Made by a program: the position numbers and the translations under genes
Notes under the pieces: model-generated
Told to the model about the DNA's origin: nothing
Databases searched by the model: none
The model's input: only the letters and a program-made list of their open reading frames with translations
Assembly: GCA_965240325.2 (NCBI GenBank)
Contig: OZ251228.1
Span: forward strand, 1,736,001-1,800,000
Reading direction: 5' to 3'
DNA from: Rebecca billardiae RCC1528
Taxonomy: Eukaryota > Protista > Haptophyta
Length of the DNA stretch: 64,000 bases
In this document: piece after piece, positions 34,484 through 45,107 of the stretch
Layout: every line of letters begins with the position of its first letter
Position numbering within the stretch: position 1 is the stretch's first letter

Positions 34484-35111
34484 CGGCAGCCCCTGGAAGC
34501 ATGCCTCACCAGCACGGTGGACTGCCGACGACCGGCCGCGCATGCGGTGAGTGATGACGCGCGGGCGTGCCGCCGCGGCGCGCCCGGGAGCGCGGGGGCT
34601 GGCCGATCTGCCGCCCGATCTGGTCGCGCGCATCCTCGTCCGTCTCGACGGCACTACGCGTGACCTCGCCGCCACCAACGCGGCCTCGCGCCTCTTCCGC
34701 GGCGCGCGCGGTGGGTGCTCACCGGTCGAGCACGCGCTGCGCGAGCGCGCGCGCGCGCGCGGCCACGATTGCGCGCTGCCGTCGACGCTCCCAGCCGGCA
34801 GCCCCTGGAAGCATGCCTCACCAGCACGGTGGACTGCCGACGACCGGCCGCGCATGCGGTGAGTGATGACGCGCGGGCGTGCCACCGCGGCGCGCCCGGG
34901 AGCGCGGGGGCTGGCCGATCTGCCGCCCGATCTGGTCGCGCGCATCCTCGTCCGTCTCGACGGCACTACGCGTGACCTCGCCGCCACCAACGCGGCCTCG
35001 CGCCTCTTCCGCGGCGCGCGTGGTGGGTGCTCACCGGTCGAGCACGCGCTGCGCGAGCGCGCGCGCGCGCGCAGCCACGATTGCGCGCTGCTGTCGACGC
35101 TCCCAGCCGGC
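34484..35111 (+). repeat. 312-bp tandem duplication of the 5' end of the F-box-RCC1 gene
   Basis: 34484-34795 and 34796-35107 are near-identical, with CGGC microhomology at the junctions. Confidence 0.95.
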
Positions 35112-36326
35112 GTGGTTACCTGGACGGCAGAGTTAATCGCTCGTGAGCGCGTGCTTGCGCTCGCGCACGCGCACACGCTTGCAGTTGCGACAGGCTGCCA
35201 GTTCAGTGCGTTTGTGGACGCGGAGGGCGGGCTGCACACGTGCGGCGAGGAGGTGGTGCGGGACGAGGACGGGGAGCGGACGGGCGAGTATCCAATGCAT
35301 GCGGCCATCGGCCACGTGGGTGCGCCGATGGTGCTTGTGCCGACGCACGTCGCCTCCCTCAGCGCGGTGCGTGTGGTCGCTGTGGCTGCTGGCAATATGC
35401 ACCTGCTCGCGCTGAGCAAGGCTGGCGCAGTGTACGGCTGCGGGAACAACGGGGACGGCCAGCTGGGGCTGGGGGACACGGCCACGCGCAGCTTGTTCAC
35501 CCGTGTGCACGCGCTGGCCGATGAAGTGCTGGTGGGCGTTACCGCAGGTCATTACCACCGCCTCGCACTCACTGCTGCCGGCTGTGCGTACAGCTGGGGC
35601 GACAACTACAACGGCCAGCTCGGCCACGGCGACACGGAGAACCGGTGGGAGCCGACGCGCGTCGAGGCACTGAACGGCGTGCGCGTTGGTAGCGTCGCCG
35701 CGGGCGATTCCCACACGCTGCTGCTCTCGATCGGTGGGGCCGTCTATTCGTGCGGCTGGGGCGTCGGAGGCTGCCTGGGCCACGGCGACCAGCAGGCTCA
35801 GCACACGCCGAAGCGCATCGAGGCGCTTGCAGGCGGGCGCGCTGTGCACGTGAGCGCGGGCTGTGACCACAGCCTGGTGGTGGACGCTGATGGTGGCTTG
35901 CACTCATTTGGACCCGGGGCTGACGGGCAGCTCGGCCATGGCGCCGCCGACCTCCGCTTCCTACCAGGGCGCATCGAGGCGCTGGCGGGTGTGCACGCGG
36001 TGCGCGCGTGCGCAGGTGCCGACAGCAGCGCGGTGCTGGGAGCGGACGGCAGCGTGCACACGTTTGGAGACAACAGCAACAGCCAGCTGGGCCAGTGGCC
36101 TGACGTGTCTGAGCTTCCCGAGCGCGTGGGCGCACTCGCCCATGTGCGCGTGCTCGGGTGCGCGCTCTGCGAATCCCACACCCTGTTCGTGACTGCGGAC
36201 GGCACCACATATGCGTGCGGCAAGCTGTCGGCTGCGCTCGGCCTCGGCGTGCACGACTCGGATGCGAGGCAGCCGACGCCGCAGCGCGTGACGCAGCTGC
36301 CGCCCCTTGCCGGCACGCCCCACTGA
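34866..36326 (+). CDS. F-box-like + RCC1 repeat (UVR8/HERC-like) beta-propeller protein
   Basis: LADLPPDLVARIL F-box-like motif, followed by repeats of VAAGxxHxLxL...GxVYxxGxNxxGQLGHG. Confidence 0.9.
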   Translation: MTRGRATAARPGARGLADLPPDLVARILVRLDGTTRDLAATNAASRLFRGARGGCSPVEHALRERARARSHDCALLSTLPAGVVTWTAELIARERVLALAHAHTLAVATGCQFSAFVDAEGGLHTCGEEVVRDEDGERTGEYPMHAAIGHVGAPMVLVPTHVASLSAVRVVAVAAGNMHLLALSKAGAVYGCGNNGDGQLGLGDTATRSLFTRVHALADEVLVGVTAGHYHRLALTAAGCAYSWGDNYNGQLGHGDTENRWEPTRVEALNGVRVGSVAAGDSHTLLLSIGGAVYSCGWGVGGCLGHGDQQAQHTPKRIEALAGGRAVHVSAGCDHSLVVDADGGLHSFGPGADGQLGHGAADLRFLPGRIEALAGVHAVRACAGADSSAVLGADGSVHTFGDNSNSQLGQWPDVSELPERVGALAHVRVLGCALCESHTLFVTADGTTYACGKLSAALGLGVHDSDARQPTPQRVTQLPPLAGTPH

Positions 36327-36728
36327 GCACGCGCGTCGGCCGGTTGTCTGTCGCCCTGCATCGCGAGCACTGCAATTGCGGCTGCTGCGCATCGGCACAT
36401 CAGCACACGGCATGTACGTGCCTGCCGCAGCATCAGCCATCAGGTGCTGATGTGCCGATTATTACGCGAGTTCATTATCAAAAAGACCAATAAATATATA
36501 GCGCTGATGTGATGAGATAGGCTGATGTCGTCTCGCGATCGGCTGACCCACTCCGAGCTGGCGCGGGAGCTGCCGGGAGCATCTAGTGTCTGGTGACCTG
36601 GTTACCAGGCTAGTCGTCTCGATCGGCTGCATGGCAACCCACTGCCTGGCAACTCGGCCACTCCGAGCTGGCGGAGCAGACAGCAGTAGTCGTCGTCAGG
36701 TCGGAGCACTGGTCGCAGGACGCCTGAT

Positions 36729-36732
<4 letters not shown>

Positions 36733-36770
<38 letters not shown>

Positions 36771-36856
36771 ACAGAGAGTGAGAGAGTGAGAGAGAGAGTC
36801 ATCATCAAGTGCGCGCGCGCATTATCGATACTGTATATATATATATATATATATAT
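36733..36856. repeat. (GA)n and (TA)n microsatellites
   Basis: Direct inspection. Confidence 0.9.
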
Positions 36857-36914
36857 CATCAGATATTTTTATTGCCATGCATTCATCTGACGACCGCCGG
36901 TAACGGTTAATTAA

Positions 36915-38707
36915 TAGGGGGTCCAGCACACCAAAATAAAATCGAAAAAATGCCTCGACGGGTTTTCAAGTGGAGTGAGCGCGAGTTTCGCCATAAATTC
37001 GAGCGCCGCGAGCGTACGCGGCGAGCTGCCGGGTCGGGCTGTTCAGTGGGCTGGCGGCGACGGAGATGCACGACTGGACGGTCACCACCACCGTCGCCTC
37101 GGCGCGACAGAGCGCGTACGAGCGTCGAGAGCGCCCGATCGAGCGAGTCTACGTGACCACCATGAAGTCCCCGGACATATCGGTCGCCGGCGTCGGACAT
37201 TGAAACCGCGAGGTTGCACGCGTGCCAGTGCGTTCAAGCTGGCTCATGCGCTCGAGATGGAGGAGGGTGCTCCCCTTGCAGGTGATGCGCGCGCGCCGCG
37301 CACGCATACGGTGCGCATACGCGGTCCCCAACACATACTCCTTCCATGTGTAGCGTTCCTGCGCACGTACCTGCCCCCCTGATGGCCCCGCGGTACTCCC
37401 GCACGCATGCTTTCCACTGCCGCATTCACTCATGCAGGCGTTGGCGAGCGCGCGCCGTCGCGTGTGCCGCCTCTCTCCGACGCCGAGACGCTGAATGTAA
37501 TCATCACGATGCCTGCCGCTAGTTTCTTACCGGTGCCGGCTGCGCGAGCGCATCAACCTCCTCTCGCTGGGCGATGTCCGCGCGCTCTGGCAACAACTCA
37601 AGGCACACGAGAACGCCACGGCGCTCAGGATGGACCCAGCTCGGCAAGGATGGCCTGTTGAACAAGAAGGTGGTGCACTACTGGTTTGAATCTCTCGCGT
37701 TCCGCCTCGAGTGGCCGCTTCCTTGGCCCTGCCTGTTCTCTGTGCACGGCCGAGGCGCACGCCTGGATAGTGGGGCTGCAGCACGGATGTGCGAAGCAAA
37801 GAACGCGCACGGACGTCACGCTCACCGCGGAGCAGGCGCGCGACGCCGAGCCCGCCGGCGCCATCACGGCCGCCAACAGCCGCGCAGGCACATCCGAGGC
37901 CAAGGCGCGGCGTGAGGATCTGGCGGCGATCACAGCGGAGCAGCGCGCGGACCGCACTATGGTCAAGGCGGTGAGCACGGCGGGCGTGGCAGCAGAGTCA
38001 GAGAGCGCGAAGCTCGCCGCCGAGCAGCTCGCCGAGCCGGAGCCGGAGGCCGCCTCGGTGGCTGGGCGCTGCAGCCGCGGTAATCGTAGACCGGTGGTGG
38101 CCTCGCATGGGCTCATGGGCTGGGGTAGGACGACTGGCGACGCGGCGCCGGTGCCGGCTGAGTCGAGTGTTGCGACCGAGCCCGCATATTCATCTCCGGC
38201 GCCCGTATTCGAACGTACCCACATATATAGACATTGATTTGAATACATATGGACTCGCATCGACCGTTAGTATGTACGGGTACACACATGCTCATATTTA
38301 CGGGTACCTACCTGTATTTAAATGGGTAACATGCTCGATCTTGCTGCTGTTTCTCCTGAATTTCTACGCGCCCAGCATGGTGCGCCAAATATGCAGTCGC
38401 TGCATCATAAATTCATTCGACTGAGTGGCAACGGTTGTCAATAAGTACTACCGACCGCATTCCGTCATCTAGCCGCCATCACGGGTGGGTACCACTTCGC
38501 TGAATCTCTATGTGACACTAAGTGGCCGGCAGCGCGCCCGCACGACGGCGCGACGGCACGCGGAGTCGGTTTTGAGTGCTTCTGACGGCTGGGCTGGGCT
38601 GGGGGGCATACTAGAGGGCACTTCAACAGGCGACAGCCTCGACAGACACCTACATGGCAGGCCTGTCGAATATCCCCAACCGCTAGGCTGAGGGCCTGGA
38701 CCCCCTA
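36915..38707. mobile_element. Putative 1.8-kb non-autonomous DNA transposon with 12-bp TIRs
   Basis: TAGGGGGTCCAG (36915-36926) is inverted at 38696-38707; both ends sit next to TTAA-rich sequence. Frameshifted coding-like remnant at ~37550-38237. Confidence 0.55.
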
Positions 38708-38760
38708 CTTATTAAGTTAATATGCGACGATGGGGTTCGGACCTCGCGTCGATCGACAAT

Positions 38761-38774
38761 AGAGAGAGAGAGCA

Positions 38775-38865
<91 letters not shown>
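38761..38865. repeat. (GA)n microsatellite
   Basis: Direct inspection. Confidence 0.95.
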
Positions 38866-38867
<2 letters not shown>

Positions 38868-39016
38868 CAGGCTCACTGATGACGATACTGTGCGTCACTG
38901 TCAGGCTGGGCAGCCTGTCATGGTAACGTCCGGGCATCGTCGCTCACAACGACGCCACTGGCAGCGGCAGGCAGCGCAGCGAGCGTCGCTCGGGCACCTG
39001 GGACATGCACGCAGTA

Positions 39017-40537
39017 TCAGATGAGCTCGTCGTCTCCTCCGTGCTGGCGTCCGCGGCTGGGCTGGGACGCACGCGCCTCAGCGGCGGCCCGCTGCGCGCG
39101 CGGCGGGCGGCGACGCCGACGGCGTGGCGTCGGCTGCTGTTGCGGACTCTTCTCGGCGCGAGCAGCCTCTGAACTCCCGGGGGACTGCGTCTGCGCCGCC
39201 CTTGGCGGGCGGCGGGCGGACTGCCCATGCTGCCGCCGCGTGCCGCCCCGCCCTGTGTCGACAGACGCCGGTGCCGCCGCCTCGTCGACGAAAAAGTCCG
39301 GCCGCGCCGGCGCGGCTGAAAGCTCGGCAACCGGCACGAAGCGACCAGCGGCAGCCGCGGCGGGCGCTGGCGCAGTGCCAGCGAGCGCGTCGGCGAGCGC
39401 GCGGCCGCTCTCCCACGCGCCCTGGATGGTGGGCTCGGCGAGCCAGTCGCCGCACGCGCCGATGCGATACTCAGCGTCCAGCACGCACGGCGGACCGCCC
39501 CCCTCCGCCCGCCAGCAGTTGAGCGGCACTGCTGCTCCCCACAGCTGCAGCCACGCGCGCGTGGGCTGAAGCGGCGCGGGGGCACGCACCGCCTTTGCGA
39601 GCGCATCGAGCAGCTCGGCGGTGACCTCCTCGCGCACGGCGGCGGGTATCGCCTCCTGCGGAGCCTTGTGCGCCGCGCCGAACGCCGCCGACGAGAACAC
39701 CGTCCACGCCTCCTCGCCCGGTGCGAGCGCGGCGCGCGCTTCGCGTGGCCGCTTGCGTGAATGGCACACAGCAAACTGCAGCGCCCCGCAGCCGGTGATC
39801 CGCGCTCCGGCAAAGTGCGCGGGGACGGCGCCCTCGGGAAGGAGGAAGGTGAGCGAGTAGATCGAGTTGAGCACGAGCTTGCCCGCTGGCTGCGCCCCGA
39901 GCGCCGCCCCGAAACGCGCGCGCAGCAGCCGGTGCACGGCTCGTGCGGGCTGCCTGCTCGTCAAGCGCTCGGCGCACTTGCCGTTATGCGCGATGGCCAC
40001 AGCGCCAAATTCCGGGGCGAGCGGCCGGCCGGAGGCCCGCAGCAGCCAGCCGTCGGCGGTGCGCTCGAGCCCGCCCTGAGGCGACACCCACGTGTCCTGC
40101 CGCACCTCCAGCCCGCGCGCGAGCTCGATGCCGACGGCGCCCATTGACAGCGCGCCGATCCAGCGCGGTATACTGTCGTCAAATGGCGTGAACGCGCCGC
40201 TCGCGGCGTCGAGCACGCCGAGCCCGTCATCCCAGCGGCGTACCACGCCCCTCGCCTCCCACTCGCGCACCTGCTCCGCGAACGCGCCCGTCGCCGTGAA
40301 GAACTGCGCCGCGTGGTCGACGGGGAGCTCGCCGTTTGGCAGCTGGAGAACGCGCGACGACGCCCGCCCGCCGGGCGCGTGTCGGCCCGTGTCAAAGACC
40401 GTCGGCGACCAGCCGTGTTCGATGAGCCGCTGCGCGCACGACAGGCCCGCCACGCCTCCGCCTATCACCGCGCAGCGCGTCGCGAGCGGCGCGGCGAGCG
40501 CGGCGAAGATGGGCGCCGCCGCCGCCGATGGCGCCAT
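39017..40537 (-). CDS. Renalase-like NAD/FAD-dependent oxidoreductase
   Basis: AVIGGGVAGLSCA Rossmann motif, PGGRASSR, DHAAQFFTA, QLWGAAVP, IGACGDWL...IQGAWESG; ATG at 40537. Confidence 0.9.
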   Translation of the reverse strand: MAPSAAAAPIFAALAAPLATRCAVIGGGVAGLSCAQRLIEHGWSPTVFDTGRHAPGGRASSRVLQLPNGELPVDHAAQFFTATGAFAEQVREWEARGVVRRWDDGLGVLDAASGAFTPFDDSIPRWIGALSMGAVGIELARGLEVRQDTWVSPQGGLERTADGWLLRASGRPLAPEFGAVAIAHNGKCAERLTSRQPARAVHRLLRARFGAALGAQPAGKLVLNSIYSLTFLLPEGAVPAHFAGARITGCGALQFAVCHSRKRPREARAALAPGEEAWTVFSSAAFGAAHKAPQEAIPAAVREEVTAELLDALAKAVRAPAPLQPTRAWLQLWGAAVPLNCWRAEGGGPPCVLDAEYRIGACGDWLAEPTIQGAWESGRALADALAGTAPAPAAAAAGRFVPVAELSAAPARPDFFVDEAAAPASVDTGRGGTRRQHGQSARRPPRAAQTQSPGSSEAARAEKSPQQQPTPRRRRRRPPRAQRAAAEARASQPSRGRQHGGDDELI

Positions 40538-41160
40538 TAAATTTCGCGAATCGTCGATTGTCGCCCGGCCAGGTAGACACACCCACCTCACTGCTCTGGA
40601 GCTCCAACCAGCCGGAGCGGCGACGCGGCGTGTTTGTGCAACTCGTGCAAGGCGGTGATCGGGTCCGTGCATGCCCGGCCGAGGCCGCGAGCTCACCTCT
40701 CCTGCGTCAGGCTGCTGTGTGCGCCTCTTATTCTTAGTCAACTGTCCATGGCCGTGCGGAGCGAGGGAGGCGTGCTCGGTGACCTCTTCGCGGTGGTCGA
40801 CCGGGATGAGAACTGACCCCGACGCCGGCCGCGGACCGGGACCGTGCCGCGTGCGCCGTTCCCTCTTACTGTCTACTGACGCGGCGCGTCCGCCCTGCAT
40901 GTCGTCATTGCCTTGGCAGCTTGCACTCTCGGCTGAGCCTGACCGTCTGTTTGGTCCCTGAGCCGAGTGCGCACGTTACAACTTCGTAACTGTAGCTGCC
41001 GGCGCCGCGACGCGCCGACGCCGAGCCAGAGAGCCAAGGGCGCAGGGCCGCGCGGCCCGACCGGCCGTCAGGTGTCAGGTGTGCCTCGCCACAGATCTGA
41101 TGACGATGACGATTCTCTGCGTTGCCGTCCTAGGTCCAGCGGCCGTCGCCATCGGACAGA

Positions 41161-42108
41161 TTATACCGCCCGAAAGCCATATTCACCACCATCGTCAGCG
41201 GCATGGTCAACGTGCTTGAAGTCCTCGGGCGGCGGAGCCGGACGCACCTGCACCGGCTGTAGCTCGGCGTCGTGCGCGCGCACATCTTCCAGTTCGCGTT
41301 TTGTCGCGGACAGCTTGCGCTCCATCGCGTTGAACGCGATCGACGAGTTGAGGGCCATGAGAAGCATCACCTGGCCGAGAATGGCGATCACCGCCCCGAC
41401 GAGCATCCGGATCGCGGCGCCCAACTGGCCCTCGCTGCCGGCGCAGAAAGCGGCGATCTTGCTGTCTTCGATGTCTGTGCCCACGCGGCCCGCTACGCGG
41501 TCCAGGATAGGGATAGTGTCGAGGCGCGAAATCAGCGTCTCGGCCAAGTCCTGGCCGACCGCACAGAGTACGCGCACGACGACGAACACCACCAATATGA
41601 CCGTGTTCGCGATGACGAGGGCGAGGATGAGGATGAGGACCAGAAAGGAGACGACACAGATAAGCCGTGGCATCATGTCTTCGACACAACACTGCAGGGT
41701 GCGCAGGCAGCAGCCCTGCGCGCGGGCGCAGAGGAGCTCACGCAGAACCCCACGACTGAGAAGCGAGACCAAGACGGCAACAAGGCCCAGCACGAGGGTC
41801 GCCGTTATTGCCACGTGCAGAATGGCGCCAACCTCCCCGATGTCGAGACCGACGGTGAGCAGAGAGGCGGCAATGTCGCCGAAGCCGTGAGTAGCGAGGC
41901 TGTCACCGACGACGAGGAGTAGCATGCCCGCGAGTGCTAGGTAGGGGATCTGCCGAATGAGCTCGTACACGCCGACGCCCACATTCCTGGCCACGCCCGC
42001 TGCCGTGTCGATGGTGGCCATCACTTCGCTCGGGGGGACGGTCGTGGGCGATCCGCCGCAAAACCACCAGCTCAACCAGGAGGTGCCCATAGATTGACCC
42101 GAGATCAT
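41161..42108 (-). CDS. Four-transmembrane protein resembling the myelin proteolipid (PLP/DM20/M6) family
   Basis: Four hydrophobic helices with IPYLALAGMLLLVVG, SLLSRGVLRELL, a Cys-rich loop and AAFCAG...LVGAVIAILGQVMLLMALNSS. Start at 42108 or 42090. The coding call is firm; the family assignment is by eye. Confidence 0.65.
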   Translation of the reverse strand: MISGQSMGTSWLSWWFCGGSPTTVPPSEVMATIDTAAGVARNVGVGVYELIRQIPYLALAGMLLLVVGDSLATHGFGDIAASLLTVGLDIGEVGAILHVAITATLVLGLVAVLVSLLSRGVLRELLCARAQGCCLRTLQCCVEDMMPRLICVVSFLVLILILALVIANTVILVVFVVVRVLCAVGQDLAETLISRLDTIPILDRVAGRVGTDIEDSKIAAFCAGSEGQLGAAIRMLVGAVIAILGQVMLLMALNSSIAFNAMERKLSATKRELEDVRAHDAELQPVQVRPAPPPEDFKHVDHAADDGGEYGFRAV

Positions 42109-42296
42109 GCGCGCAGTATAATAATGAGGACTGTGCCGTAGTCTTATTCTTAGATAGTACAGTACTAGTAAACTGTACAGTTTACTATGGGACGAGATGC
42201 TTGAAACAGATTGAAGATGATCGTGCTGATGATTATTGCCACCGCCTTCTAATGGCCCTGTAACGGCCGGCGGGTCGCTCTGCGACACCGCCAACA

Positions 42297-43051
42297 GAAA
42301 GGACAGTGGGACACAGGGGACTTTGGTCCCGCGCCCCTCTCGCGGGCTCTGGCGCGCGAACGCTTTGTCACTACTGGATCCCCGAGGTGGAGAGCGGCGC
42401 TCCGTGCACCAACAAAGACATCCCCAGCCGCATGTTGCCACTCGACACCTCGTCTCGCCTCGCGCGGAGCCAACTTGTGGTGTGCGGGAGCCACCCGTAG
42501 CACACTGGGCCGTGTAGCGACGCGCGTGGCGGGTCAACAGTGCATCGCGAAGGCGTCGCACGCGCAATCCGTTGAGTACATACTCATGTCTGTCCCATGG
42601 CACGTCGTGCGCCGCCGTGTGCGCCGATGCACTCCCGACTCGCGACGCGCCGCGTGCAGCACAGCCTGTGCTTCGGGTAGCTCCCGCACACCACAAGTTG
42701 GCTCCGCGCGAAGCGAGACGAGGTGTCGACAGGCGGTGCATGACGTGCCATGGGACAGACATGAGTATGTACTCAACGGATTGCGCGTGCGACACCCTCG
42801 CGATGCACTGTTGACCCGCCACGCGCGTCGCTACACGGCCCAGTGTGCTACGGGTGGCTCCCGCACACCACAAGTTGGCTCCGCGCGAGGCGAGACGAGG
42901 TGTCGAGTGGCAACATGCGGCTGGGGATGTCTTTGTTGGTGCACGGAGCGCCGCTCTCCGGCTCGGGGGGGCAGTAGTGACAAAGCGTTCGCGCGCCAGA
43001 GCCCGCGAGAGGGGCGCGGGACCAAAGTCCCCTGTGTCCCACTGTCCTTTC
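42297..43051. mobile_element. Foldback element with 320-bp arms and a 115-bp spacer
   Basis: 42297-42616 is the reverse complement of 42732-43051 (~95% by eye). Spacer 42667-42729 is a third copy of arm segment 42845-42907. No TSD found. Confidence 0.75.
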
Positions 43052-43159
43052 CGCCGCACCCCTGTCCCCTCGCCTAGCGAGGGGTGCTCGACCGTTACGG
43101 GAGATTAGATGCACCTGGATTATTGCCTTACTGCAACGTCGCCGATGGTAACGCCGCCT

Positions 43160-43400
43160 TGCGCCGCCGATGGTAACGCCGTCGGAAGATACGGGCGTCC
43201 ACCTGAGGCTGCGAGGCCTGGAATCTGGATGAGGGCAGCGGCCGCCTCGCGGCGCGCCAGCGCCCGTCGACGGCAGCGGGCGTCGTCCTTGCCCGGGGCC
43301 ACCATCGTCCACCGAAAGCACTCAGCAAAACGTCGTCTTCAGTAAGTCTGTAACGCCTAACTAACGGTCCGAACTGTCCGACTCGGGGCGCCGCCATGCG
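43160..43400 (-). repeat. Dispersed repeat fragment (copy of 10325-10500)
   Basis: Same blocks in inverted orientation, interrupted by short insertions. Confidence 0.75.
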
Positions 43401-43485
43401 TCGTTTCACGTGACACGTTTGGCAGCACGGTGGCGCCGACAGGATGCCGAGGAATATCATGAGGATGTAGTTTGGAAGTAGCTTA

Positions 43486-45018
43486 CTACGGACGAAGTGG
43501 TGCAGCATCGGGCGTCATCAGACTCGCAAGCGTGCTGTCCTCGCAAATCATCCCGCCTGAGGCGTGGGCGGTGGCCTCTGTGTCCGGCACGTCGTTGTTC
43601 GCGGCGCTTGGCCCCGGTGGCACACTCACAGGCATCTTAGTAGTGATCGTGCGACGCCCCAGCTCGCGGAGCACCGGCACTCGGTAATCGCCGAGCATGG
43701 CGAGCCCAGCGGCACTCACCTTGTGCAGATCCACGTCTTTGGGTCTCACCGCTTTGGACCCGTTAGGGAACAGTCGGCCGAGCTCCAGCTTGATCGCCCA
43801 ATAGAGGGCAGTCTTAGTCGTGTATCCGCTCCCGTGCACAAACGCAGGCGTCGTGCTTGTCGGCGGGTGCCTCTGCGAGGGTGGGCGCGCAGCCGGAGGG
43901 GAAGCGTACTGACCGAGTGAGTACGGCATGGCAGTGCGCTCCACGCTCGGCGGGGAGAACTGGAATAAGCGGTTGATGCGGAACCTGCGGCCCTTCATGT
44001 ACTTGGTCGGAACGTAGGAGACGTAGGGGCGGCAGCGGTTCAAGGCAAGGTGCTCCGCGGACGAAATGGCGTTGCCGAGCTTGTCACACGGGAAGAGGTT
44101 GAGGAACAGCTGCGAGTGCTCATCCACCGAGGCTGGCGGGAGCACGGGTGGTTCCTTGCGATCTGCCGCACGCGTTTGCATCCGCCCCGCATACGAGCTC
44201 AGCGTGAAGTCCTGCCTCCGCGCCCCGTCCAGCCCGAGATAGACCGCAGACATGAGGCCCTGCTCTGTGAGCCGGAGCACAACCTCTGTGAGGTTGCCCA
44301 CCACAGTGTGCGGCTTCTTCGTGAGCTCTAAGCTGGCCGGCTGGTCAACCACGCCCGGGGTGATGTGCGCGGCGCGCCCCGTCCGGTGCAGCCCGTACAC
44401 GTACGTCCCAAGCCTCCCCATCGCGCCCGCGTGCCCAGCGTACATGCCAGCGTTGCGGTAGCAGGTGGCGCTCTGCTGCGTGCACCGCCAGAAGGCCTCG
44501 CGCGTCGCTCGGCCGGTGGGGTCGGAGCTGTCGGAGCCATACAGGGGGCACAGGATGGATGGGTAGCTGTTGCACTCGGCGCTGAACACCACCTGCTCCG
44601 CCTGGCTACTCCCGCCCATCGGCGCGAGCAGTGCCCGCAGTGCTCGCGCAGCCGTGGGCACACCCGCAACGACAAACGTGTCTGTGCCGTCGACGAGGAC
44701 GAGCGGCTGCGCGGGATGGAAGAAGGCGGGTGCCACGGTACCCATCAGGCGCTGTTTCGTCCGCGTCGTGCCCAGCCACGTCGACCCCTTGCCAATGAGG
44801 ATGAGGGGCATCCCATGCGCTGCGGCGGTGAGGCCCAAGGCCCAAATCTTATTAGTGGGCACGCTGGTGAGGACCGACACAAGCATAAACGGCGGCACGT
44901 CCAAAGCGCCGGGCTGGTCCTTCCAGCGACGCAGGTCGGCGCAGCTGATGCCCGTGCGATTTCCGCCAGACGACGACGCCCATCCCAACAACGCCAGCAC
45001 ACACGCGAGAGCCGCCAT
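43486..45018 (-). CDS. PLOD/LH3 N-terminal-like glycosyltransferase
   Basis: Signal peptide; LVLVDGTDTFV (DxxD), VVFSAECNSYP, YRNAGMYAGHA. Confidence 0.78.
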   Translation of the reverse strand: MAALACVLALLGWASSSGGNRTGISCADLRRWKDQPGALDVPPFMLVSVLTSVPTNKIWALGLTAAAHGMPLILIGKGSTWLGTTRTKQRLMGTVAPAFFHPAQPLVLVDGTDTFVVAGVPTAARALRALLAPMGGSSQAEQVVFSAECNSYPSILCPLYGSDSSDPTGRATREAFWRCTQQSATCYRNAGMYAGHAGAMGRLGTYVYGLHRTGRAAHITPGVVDQPASLELTKKPHTVVGNLTEVVLRLTEQGLMSAVYLGLDGARRQDFTLSSYAGRMQTRAADRKEPPVLPPASVDEHSQLFLNLFPCDKLGNAISSAEHLALNRCRPYVSYVPTKYMKGRRFRINRLFQFSPPSVERTAMPYSLGQYASPPAARPPSQRHPPTSTTPAFVHGSGYTTKTALYWAIKLELGRLFPNGSKAVRPKDVDLHKVSAAGLAMLGDYRVPVLRELGRRTITTKMPVSVPPGPSAANNDVPDTEATAHASGGMICEDSTLASLMTPDAAPLRP

Positions 45019-45107
45019 CGATTCGTTGCGGCCGCCTACCGTACCTGTACAGTTTTCTACTGTAAGAATAAGAGACGCACATGTACAGCTCAGGCAGGCG
45101 AGATTAT

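Noticed and set aside
42109-43059. N-terminal extension of the 632-aa ORF
   Set aside because: Runs through the foldback element from a non-ATG start; protein-like sequence begins at 42108/42090.
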